A stretch of DNA of 12,050 nucleotides from Candidatus Thorarchaeota archaeon (lineage in GTDB: Archaea; Asgardarchaeota; Thorarchaeia; Thorarchaeales; Thorarchaeaceae). Location of the stretch: the NCBI GenBank assembly GCA_029858305.1, contig JAOUFI010000068.1, forward strand, positions 1 through 12,050, read 5' to 3'. The position numbers and the translations under genes were made by a program. Below the pieces are notes generated by a model. The model worked only from the letters and a program-made list of their open reading frames with translations, was not told the DNA's origin and did not search any database. Below are positions 1-7,284 of the stretch, piece after piece (positions within the stretch are counted from its first letter, which is position 1; the number at the start of each line of letters is the position of its first letter).

Positions 1-81
1 TGACATACCATACCAACAATATTACCATACCGCTGACATGGCTCTAAGATAACTCTTAAAGGACAACTATTGGACGAAGGC

Positions 82-1230
82 ATGGAGACACCAGACAAGT
101 TGACGAAACGAAAAGACTCCAGTGTAGAAGTACAGAATACTTCTAAAGAAACTGCCCAGAAATCACCAAGAAAACGAGGTATCGAAGTTCCTAGTGCACA
201 TAGATTGGTTTTACGGGATGTAGGTTATCCTTTTCGAGTGAAAGGCGATCCCAAACCAATGGGTCTGGAGGTTGACAGTCTAGAATTATTTGCAGACTAT
301 GCAAGAGAACAATGGATGGGAACCATTGTACAGCAGGGCACTTATCTCTTTGATCGATATATCCTGCCAGATTACGCTTTTCAGGTTCAAGAGGTTGAAC
401 CTGAAGAATCAATTGTTTCTAAGAATACTAAAATCATTCTTGAATCCCCTACGGGTTCAACATTAGATGTCAAATTCCGATCAGTTACCCTTGAGAATGT
501 AATAGGCCACGAGTCAGTGAAACAGAAATGCAAGATAATCCTGGAATATCTTCGTCAACCGTCACGGTTTGGTGAATGGGCACCACGGGCTGTGTTGTTC
601 CATGGACTACCTGGTACTGGGAAAACAATGACAGCTCAAGCTGTAGCAAATGAAGCAGATGCAAGGATATTCTTGGCAAAAGCTTCAGATCTAATTGGTG
701 TCCATGTAGGTGATGGTGGGCGAAGAATAAGCGCGCTATTCGATGATGCTCGAAAGCACTCACCAAGTATCATTTTCATTGATGAACTTGATGCAATAGG
801 TCTAGCTCGGTCGTTCCAATCAATTCGTGGTGACGTATCTGAGGTAGTAACTGCCTTACTCGGGGAACTCGACCAAACCAGTGAGGAATCCGGAGTCGTC
901 GTAATCGGTGCGACTAATGCATTGCCTCTTATCGATCCTGCCATTAAAAACAGATTTGATACAGTCTTCGAGTTTCCTCTGCCAACATTAGAGGAGCGCT
1001 ATGATATTCTTCGATTATATGCTGAAAGGTTGCCACTCAAACTTGAGGCCGACCTGAAGGAAATTGCTCGAAGAACTGAAGGACTATCTGGGAGAGACCT
1101 TAGAGACCGTATACTAAAAGAGTCACTTCATACTGCAATTACTGATGGTGTGACTACTATATCCTCCGAAATCGTTCATAGAGTGCTGGACAAAATACAA
1201 CCAAAGAGTAGACCCACTTACACAATTTAA
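82..1230 (+). CDS. AMA-type archaeal AAA+ ATPase (COG1223-like; small N-domain plus a single AAA module)
   Basis: Walker A GLPGTGKT, Walker B IIFIDE, second region of homology ATNALPLIDPAIKNRFD, pore region RSFQSIRGDVSEVV. The N-domain carries GYPF (AMA GYPL-like motif) and FADYAREQW. The ORF opens at TTG 70; ATG 82 is the preferred start. Confidence 0.85.
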   Translation: METPDKLTKRKDSSVEVQNTSKETAQKSPRKRGIEVPSAHRLVLRDVGYPFRVKGDPKPMGLEVDSLELFADYAREQWMGTIVQQGTYLFDRYILPDYAFQVQEVEPEESIVSKNTKIILESPTGSTLDVKFRSVTLENVIGHESVKQKCKIILEYLRQPSRFGEWAPRAVLFHGLPGTGKTMTAQAVANEADARIFLAKASDLIGVHVGDGGRRISALFDDARKHSPSIIFIDELDAIGLARSFQSIRGDVSEVVTALLGELDQTSEESGVVVIGATNALPLIDPAIKNRFDTVFEFPLPTLEERYDILRLYAERLPLKLEADLKEIARRTEGLSGRDLRDRILKESLHTAITDGVTTISSEIVHRVLDKIQPKSRPTYTI

Positions 1231-1235
1231 TCAGT

Positions 1236-1799
1236 TTGACAATAAGGGTGAATGAAGCCTTGAGAATCATAATTGTCACTGGTATGCCCGGTGCGGGTAA
1301 AAGTGAGGTAGCCCAAGCTTTTCGAGATACTGGTATTCCTATAATAGTAATGGGGGATGTTGTACGCGATGAAACTCGAAAACGTGGCTTAGATGCAAAT
1401 CCTGAAAACACCCGGAAAGTCATGCTTGAGTTACGGGAAAGAAATGGTCTTGGTGCAATAGCTAAACACTGTCTTGATCATCTTCGCCGCCTTGAATCCG
1501 ATGTCATTGTCATTGAAGGGTGTAGGAGTATTGCTGAAATTGATGTTTTTGATGATTATGCTGATGAGGTGATTATAATCTGCGTTCATTCATCTCCAAA
1601 GGTGCGATATACTCGCCTGCGTGATAGAAATCGTGCAGATGCTCCTCCAACATGGGAAAATTTCAGAGAACGCGATATACGAGAAATCTCAGTAGGTCTT
1701 GGTGGCGTAATCGCACTTAGTGATATTATGCTGATTAATGAAGGCACGCTCGACAGTCTGCGTGTCATGTCAAAAGAATTAGCAACGAAGATGACCTAA
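1236..1799 (+). CDS. UPF0200/COG0237-family P-loop nucleotide kinase (often annotated dephospho-CoA kinase-like)
   Basis: N-terminal IIIVTGMPGAGKS, MGDVVR, IEGCRS, RYTRLRDRNRAD, and FRERDIREISVGLGGVIALSDIMLINEG. Adjacent to a UPF0201 gene as in other archaea. Start uncertain (TTG 1236, GTG 1248 or TTG 1260). Confidence 0.8.
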   Translation: MTIRVNEALRIIIVTGMPGAGKSEVAQAFRDTGIPIIVMGDVVRDETRKRGLDANPENTRKVMLELRERNGLGAIAKHCLDHLRRLESDVIVIEGCRSIAEIDVFDDYADEVIIICVHSSPKVRYTRLRDRNRADAPPTWENFRERDIREISVGLGGVIALSDIMLINEGTLDSLRVMSKELATKMT

Positions 1800-1800
1800 T

Positions 1801-2229
1801 ATGATAATCACTGTCAGATGTCTGGTTCATCCAACCGAAGATGTTGAAAGAGTAAAGGCATCAATAGAAACACATCTTGGTAAAATTCCAATAAAGGTTG
1901 TTGAACATAGTAAACTCATTGAGCTCACATCATCAAATGTGAATCGAGAAATCCTCTCTACTGTGCGTCAGTTAATTCATGAGAAACGAATACTTGCTGC
2001 AGTCCGTACAAGATTGCTGAAAAATTACAATGACTTAGATTATACAACAAGTATTCATCTTGACAAGCAAGCTGCCTATGTTGGAAAACTGAGAGTGGTA
2101 GATAATGATGTAGAAACACCCCCCTTAGGCTCTATTGAGATTCATATTGTCTTCGAAACAGGTCATCAGTTTGAAGAATTTCTTGATTGGTTTAGTCCAA
2201 GAACCAAAGATGGGAAAGTAATCACTTAG
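1801..2229 (+). CDS. UPF0201/COG1931 archaeal putative RNA-binding protein
   Basis: Family motifs VHPTEDVERVKASI, LDKQAAYVG, PPLGSI, FLDWFSPRTKDG; begins 1 nt after the kinase stop. Confidence 0.85.
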   Translation: MIITVRCLVHPTEDVERVKASIETHLGKIPIKVVEHSKLIELTSSNVNREILSTVRQLIHEKRILAAVRTRLLKNYNDLDYTTSIHLDKQAAYVGKLRVVDNDVETPPLGSIEIHIVFETGHQFEEFLDWFSPRTKDGKVIT

Positions 2230-3251
2230 AGCTTGACCGTCACAACTTCTCGAATAAGTCCGCTATGTACAATAATATTGATTTTGTATCCAATACTAAG
2301 ACCGGCATTTCGAATCATTTCTGAGAGTTCCATTTCGCTACTAGCACATATACATAGATTCTCTCCACCCGGTTGAAGGATAGAGGGAGCTTTCCTAAGT
2401 AGAGAGTCGAAAAGTTCCCTCGACTCTGCGCCTCTCGTCGAGCTGGACCGACCATAAGGTGGGTCGGTAACAATATGGTCTACAGTCTGAACAGGGAGGT
2501 ATAGAGCATCAGCTTGTATTATAGAATACTTTGAATTAATCCCACTTAGATTCACTCTTGCTCCTTCTAACAAGGTCCAATTTTTGTCTATACCTATTAC
2601 CAAGGCTCCAATATATGAAGCCTCACAAAGAATTCCACCTCCACCACAAAATGGATCTAGTACAGTATTACCTGGTCTGACTCCAGCCAAGTTACACATT
2701 GTTCTTGCTAATGTACTATTCATCATACTTGGATGAAAGAAGGGTTTCTTTCCTGGTTCCCTCGCTCGTAACAAGCGTCTGAGCTTGGATTCAATGGATT
2801 TGCATACTAGAAATCGCCCAGCTACTATTATTACGAGAATGTGTGTATCAGGAGATTTCAATTCTACTTTTGCTCTAGTGACATTTCGAATATGTGCTCC
2901 CAATTTTTTTTCTATTTCGATTCTCTTTTGATGGTCATATACACTCTCAATACACATTGTTCTCACTGAGAATTTATCAGAGGAAAACACATTATCCTTC
3001 CAGCACTCATCTGAGATATCATCAATAATAGACTCTTCATGAATGAATTCACCAATAAGGATACCAGCTCGTTGGACATGTGCTGCTCTCTCCAACAGAA
3101 ACCCTGTTGGATTAACCGCTGACTTCAGTTTTGCTATACGTCCTAACCATGTGATTCTAATATTGACTGGATATAACTTTACCAATGCTTCTATCTCAGC
3201 TCTTGCTAGTTCCAGATTCTCACCAGACACTTGGACAAAGTAATTGATCAA
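2226..3251 (-). CDS. trm11: tRNA (guanine-10-N2)-methyltransferase, Trm11/TrmG10 family (THUMP plus Rossmann methyltransferase)
   Basis: SGENLELARAEI N-terminus, THUMP elements (FSVR...VELKSPD), KPFFHPSMM, VLDPFCGGGGILCEA SAM-binding motif, IVTDPPYGRSS catalytic motif. The ORF-track start at 3311 overlaps the GPN gene, so in-frame TTG 3251 is more likely. Its stop overlaps the convergent UPF0201 stop (2226-2229). Confidence 0.9.
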   Translation of the reverse strand: MINYFVQVSGENLELARAEIEALVKLYPVNIRITWLGRIAKLKSAVNPTGFLLERAAHVQRAGILIGEFIHEESIIDDISDECWKDNVFSSDKFSVRTMCIESVYDHQKRIEIEKKLGAHIRNVTRAKVELKSPDTHILVIIVAGRFLVCKSIESKLRRLLRAREPGKKPFFHPSMMNSTLARTMCNLAGVRPGNTVLDPFCGGGGILCEASYIGALVIGIDKNWTLLEGARVNLSGINSKYSIIQADALYLPVQTVDHIVTDPPYGRSSSTRGAESRELFDSLLRKAPSILQPGGENLCICASSEMELSEMIRNAGLSIGYKINIIVHSGLIREVVTVKL

Positions 3252-3261
3252 GTAGGCATCA

Positions 3262-4026
3262 CTACTCGTATATGTTATCTCCACCAGAAAAGATACGCTG
3301 TATCTCTCCATAGAGAAGGTCGAACCCGGTCATATCCTTAGATGACACCGGAACAGTCACACTCGTAGATCCAATATTTCCAAGCATATCCAGAATTGAT
3401 TTAGAGTATTCTCTGACAAGTCCCTCTGAAGACTGATCAAGTGCTTCTTCAAGTAGATGTACTTCTGATCCCCAATCTACAATCTCCTCAATCTCATCTT
3501 CCATAAGAATATCGGTCTTACTGAGTATATTCAGCTGCGGCAGACCAAATCGAATATTGATTGATAGCCCTAGGAGCATAGAAGAAAGATATCCTATAGG
3601 AGTTTTTGCAATATTAGAATCTAGAAGATAGAGGGATAGTGAAGGATCATCGCCTCTTAAGCCTGAAACCATTAAAGGACCTGAATTTCGATAGGCAAAA
3701 AGCTCCATTTGCCCCGGGCAGTCCACAAGGACATAATCTCTCTCAGATTCAATGATTTCTTCTCGCAATTCATTAACACTGCCTACTCCCATATCTAGGG
3801 ATGCAACAAGAGCTCCGTTAGGACCAAGTCCAAAGTTATTCATCACCTCTCCATAATCAACATACTCCCGAATATCCACATCACTTGTGTATGGTGGACT
3901 CTCAACACCAGGATCAATGTTAACAACTGTTACACTCAAATCTGATTCTACTAACCATTTTTCAAGTGATGCAGTAAGAAGCGATTTTCCTGAACCTGCA
4001 GTTCCAACTAGAAATATGAAGAACAT
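3262..4026 (-). CDS. GPN-loop GTPase (archaeal GPN, PAB0955-like)
   Basis: GTAGSGKS P-loop, NIDPG, diagnostic LGPNGAL, DCPGQMELF, LSKTD. ATG 4026 preferred over TTG 4038. Confidence 0.92.
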   Translation of the reverse strand: MFFIFLVGTAGSGKSLLTASLEKWLVESDLSVTVVNIDPGVESPPYTSDVDIREYVDYGEVMNNFGLGPNGALVASLDMGVGSVNELREEIIESERDYVLVDCPGQMELFAYRNSGPLMVSGLRGDDPSLSLYLLDSNIAKTPIGYLSSMLLGLSINIRFGLPQLNILSKTDILMEDEIEEIVDWGSEVHLLEEALDQSSEGLVREYSKSILDMLGNIGSTSVTVPVSSKDMTGFDLLYGEIQRIFSGGDNIYE

Positions 4027-4038
4027 TGAAAGAACCAA

Positions 4039-4144
4039 TCAGGAAAATGGAATCTCCCCTCTATGAGTTCTTCGGTAGGTTAATACCACGATTTTAAACC
4101 ATTCTACACAAGTCTTATCTATAATCTAGGAAAGGAGGTGTGAT
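4039..4144. promoter_or_regulatory. Divergent promoter region between the GPN gene and the HTH regulator, with a strong Shine-Dalgarno for the regulator
   Basis: Head-to-head genes; AT-rich TATA-like boxes TTTTAAA 4092-4098 and TTATCTATA 4115-4123; AGGAGGTG at 4133-4140, 4 nt before ATG 4145. Confidence 0.55.
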
Positions 4145-4888
4145 ATGGACTCGAGCGAACCGCTACAGAGGCTTGCGGAGGCAATGGCAGGCGAAATCTG
4201 TCTTGCAGAGGTTGATCCGGGTTCAGTGATGCGAAGGTGGCGTGAGCGTTTTCATATCTCGCAGAAGAGCCTTGCCAAATACCTCAATGTTTCTCCTTCG
4301 GTCATCAGCGACTATGAGAGCGGAAGAAGAAAGTCTCCCAGAGTTGAAACTATCAAGCGTTTTGTTGAAGGTCTTATAGAAATGGATGCAGCTGAGGGCA
4401 GTCGTGTTGCTGTAGCTCTTGAAAAACTAATAGCACCCGAGATTGCATCTGATGCGATTCTCGATAGCCGCGAGTTTGGATTTCCAATCCCTGCAAGACT
4501 ACTAGTTGAATACCTAGAGTGCAAAATACTCACTCATAATGGTTTACTTGATCGAGATATTTATGGTTATACAGCCCTAGATAGTATCAAGGCAATTGTA
4601 AGCCTTACACCTCAGCAACTTCTTCGACTCTATGGTGGAACAACTCAGCGCATAGCTATTCTTACAAATGTGTCTACAGGCAGGTCTCCTATGGTAGCTA
4701 TCAAGGCAAGCCAAATTGGTACTTCGATGGCAGTGAAACCTGCTGCTGTCATTCTTCAAGGTGTGAAAGAACTTGACCCTTTAGCTGTGAAGATTGCTGA
4801 TAGTATTCACCTTCCACTATGTGTATCTGAAATCAAGTCAGCTGAGATTCTGATACATACAGTTAGATCATTTAATCCTGAGATGTAA
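4145..4888 (+). CDS. Archaeal Xre/Cro-type HTH transcriptional regulator (COG1709-like, C-terminal DRTGG-like domain)
   Basis: HTH MRRWRERFHISQKSLAKYLNVSPSVISDYESGRRKSP; C-domain GYTALDSIKAI, TNVSTGRSPMVAIK, KPAAVIL. Confidence 0.85.
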   Translation: MDSSEPLQRLAEAMAGEICLAEVDPGSVMRRWRERFHISQKSLAKYLNVSPSVISDYESGRRKSPRVETIKRFVEGLIEMDAAEGSRVAVALEKLIAPEIASDAILDSREFGFPIPARLLVEYLECKILTHNGLLDRDIYGYTALDSIKAIVSLTPQQLLRLYGGTTQRIAILTNVSTGRSPMVAIKASQIGTSMAVKPAAVILQGVKELDPLAVKIADSIHLPLCVSEIKSAEILIHTVRSFNPEM

Positions 4889-4900
4889 TTTCTGAATGAG

Positions 4901-6205
4901 ATGATTGAAATGGAGTTTGTAATGGAAATCAATGATCCGATTCATGATTTCATTGGATTGACCGATGTTGAGGCTAAGATAGTCAACTCTGAAACCTATC
5001 AAAGACTCCGAAGAATCAAACAACTTTCCGGTGGTCATTTTGTATATCCGAGTGCTGAACATACACGATTTGCACACTGTATTGGAGTTATGCATCTAGC
5101 AGGTCGTACTGGGAAGCATTTGCTGAACAAGCTTGAACTGGGAGACGATGTTCTTCAAGATGTACGTGTAGCTGGCCTTCTTCATGACCTCGGTCATGGA
5201 CCTTTTAGTCATGTCTTCGAAGAATCTCTCATCGAAAATAGAGGATGGAATCATGAAGATGTTACCGAATGGCTTGTTTTAGAGAGTGAAATCGGAGATA
5301 TTCTTGAAGCTGTTGGAATTTCTAAGAAACGAATTTCCGATTTGGTAAGGGGTCGAAGAACCAGTAAGAAAGATGCTGTTGTGAGCGGCATAGTCGCTGG
5401 ACAGGTAGACGCAGATAAGATGGATTATCTAATTCGAGACTCTTTCTACTGTGGTGTGAACTACGGACTAGTTGATATTCATCGCTTAATTGACAGCCTT
5501 GAAGTTTCAAAAGATTATCAGCTGGAGTTTAGCATTGCAGCGAGAGGTGCACTCGAGGCTTTCCTTGTGGCGCGTTATGAAATGTTTCTCAATGTCTATT
5601 ATCATAAGACAGTTCGAAGTGTTGAAGTGATGCTTGTAAAACTCATCAATGCTGCAAACAATGTTCTACATCTCACCAGCTTCAAGACCCCTGAAGAGTT
5701 CCTAGTATTAGATGATATGTCTTTGGTATCAATGATGCGTGGTATTGATCCAACAGAATCAGATTATGCAAGAGAAGCATCAATCATGATGAATCTCTTA
5801 GATTCAAGAGTTCTGTATAAATCAGTATTCGAAAAAGTGCTACATACTCAAGATAGGTTTGTTTCTAAGGTTCTCACAAAGAGAAAAGTGCGTGAAAGTA
5901 TAGAAGAGGAGATAGCATCAATTGCTGGAGTTGGTAATCACGAAGTCATTGTTGATGTACCCACGCTGCCTTCTGTTCCATACAATCCTCATCAGCTAAA
6001 TCCGATGGAGATAGCAATCTTTGAAATTGTAGATGGCAAAAAGGTCTCTCATAACCTCTCAGAATACTCCAATATTGCTGAAATGATGAAAGGATATCTT
6101 GATGTAATCCGTGTTTATACCTTTGATAAAAATCGGGCTAAAGTCGGTCGTGCCGCTCGTGAGGTCTTTCAAGAAGTACCAGATACTGCCCTAATCCATA
6201 TGTGA
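4901..6205 (+). CDS. HD-superfamily phosphohydrolase, SAMHD1-like dNTP triphosphohydrolase family (COG1078)
   Basis: INDPIH, YQRLRRIKQL, HTRFAHCIG, LLHDLGHGPFSHVFE, DADKMDYLIRDS, VYYHKTVR. Start may be ATG 4910 or 4922 (GGAG at 4912-4915). Confidence 0.88.
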   Translation: MIEMEFVMEINDPIHDFIGLTDVEAKIVNSETYQRLRRIKQLSGGHFVYPSAEHTRFAHCIGVMHLAGRTGKHLLNKLELGDDVLQDVRVAGLLHDLGHGPFSHVFEESLIENRGWNHEDVTEWLVLESEIGDILEAVGISKKRISDLVRGRRTSKKDAVVSGIVAGQVDADKMDYLIRDSFYCGVNYGLVDIHRLIDSLEVSKDYQLEFSIAARGALEAFLVARYEMFLNVYYHKTVRSVEVMLVKLINAANNVLHLTSFKTPEEFLVLDDMSLVSMMRGIDPTESDYAREASIMMNLLDSRVLYKSVFEKVLHTQDRFVSKVLTKRKVRESIEEEIASIAGVGNHEVIVDVPTLPSVPYNPHQLNPMEIAIFEIVDGKKVSHNLSEYSNIAEMMKGYLDVIRVYTFDKNRAKVGRAAREVFQEVPDTALIHM

Positions 6206-6276
6206 TACTCCGGATGATGATTTCCCTGAGTATTGAAAAAGCAATTTGAACCGACTTTGTATTTTCTGTGTGGAGA

Positions 6277-6283
6277 TTATATA
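6277..6283 (+). promoter_or_regulatory. Candidate TATA box for the roadblock-DENN-GTPase cassette
   Basis: TTATATA in the 131-bp intergenic gap, about 55-65 nt upstream of the start; preceded by a T-rich tract (6256-6268) that could terminate the HD transcript. Confidence 0.5.
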
Positions 6284-6336
6284 GTATGAATTAGATTCTA
6301 CTTTGAACCTATCCAGTTCCCTGGGGCTGAGAGCAC

Positions 6337-7284
6337 TTGAGCGACGAAATGACTGAAACCCTGCAAAACATAAAGGCTATCACAGGCGTTGAAAATGTCG
6401 TGCTAATCCAGAAGGATGGACTTCCTGTAGCAAGCGCAGGTGTATGGTTTAGTAAGGAAGAAGTCTTTGCAGTAGCCTCTTCAACATGTGCTATCTTTGG
6501 AGTGGCTAAGTTAATCCATGGCGATTTCAAATATCTATTGATGGAATCAGAAACTTCCAAGGTATTTCTAGCATCTCTTCCCAATGATTCTGACTACTTT
6601 CTCACTGTGACTACCGCTCCGCGTGTAAATCTAGCAGCCCTGTTTATTGAGATGAAGGATAACCTTTCACGACTAGCTTTTCTACTAAAGCAGCATATTG
6701 ATGGAAGACTACCCCCACTCCGGTCGTATAGTAGTGATGAAACTCGTCGGGTACTTGAAGGATTCGCCGTAGCTGAAGGTCGCGATACAACCTATGGGAT
6801 ATCACGCTCAGTCATTTCACTAGATAGATCCCAGGCCTTAAGTCTGAGAGCCCTTCTCCGCCAAGTTCATGACTGCATTCCTAACATAGGATCAGTGTTT
6901 TTATCGCTTAGTGGTGGCGTTCGAGTATCACTAGAAGGATTTACCAATGATAGGCTTGCTGCTATGTCCTTTGCACTTCACGACGCATCTGAACGTGTTG
7001 TAAGAACGCTCCGCAATAGCTCTCTGCAGACAGTACTTTGTGAAACTGACACTATCCGTCACTTCATTTATGCTGTGCCTAACGGTGTATTCAGCCTGTG
7101 GGTAGATAAGGATAGTCAAAAACTTGGTCTAATGAGATTGTTATTGAAGCATTACATCGATGAGATTAGAAGAGTTCTGGTTTCCGTGTCTATGGTCAAA
7201 CCAGCTGTTCCTGACGACTTGAAGGAGCTGCTTCTTGCAGGTGGTTCTGATGGAGGACTAATGTTAACGAGGAGAAACAAATGA
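6337..7284 (+). CDS. Tandem Roadblock/LC7 (MglB/LAMTOR-like) domain protein, two divergent domains
   Basis: Domain 1 (aa ~5-117): LQNIKAITGVENVVLIQKDGLPVAS...NLAALFIEMK. Domain 2 (aa ~168-281): LLRQVHDCIPNIGSVFLSLSGG...DRLAAMSFALHDASERV...KLGLMRLLLK. Both follow the roadblock pattern. Start TTG 6337 or ATG 6349. Confidence 0.82.
   Translation: MSDEMTETLQNIKAITGVENVVLIQKDGLPVASAGVWFSKEEVFAVASSTCAIFGVAKLIHGDFKYLLMESETSKVFLASLPNDSDYFLTVTTAPRVNLAALFIEMKDNLSRLAFLLKQHIDGRLPPLRSYSSDETRRVLEGFAVAEGRDTTYGISRSVISLDRSQALSLRALLRQVHDCIPNIGSVFLSLSGGVRVSLEGFTNDRLAAMSFALHDASERVVRTLRNSSLQTVLCETDTIRHFIYAVPNGVFSLWVDKDSQKLGLMRLLLKHYIDEIRRVLVSVSMVKPAVPDDLKELLLAGGSDGGLMLTRRNK

Noticed and set aside
191-1768. Short minus-strand ORFs (191-412, 485-766, 636-944, 1157-1423, 1586-1768)
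   Set aside because: Antisense shadows of well-supported genes, with no recognisable motifs.
1236-1799. Firm assignment as dephospho-CoA kinase (coaE)
   Set aside because: Only fold-level similarity is visible. The demonstrated archaeal dephospho-CoA kinase belongs to a different family, so the substrate is left open.
3252-3311. N-terminal extension of Trm11 overlapping the GPN gene by 50 nt
   Set aside because: Family similarity begins at about YFVQVSGEN; the in-frame TTG at 3251 removes the overlap.
6214-6330. Complete box C/D guide sRNA in the HD-roadblock spacer
   Set aside because: The C-to-D' spacing is only 5 nt and there is no properly placed C'/D pair. Kept only as a tentative kink-like motif.
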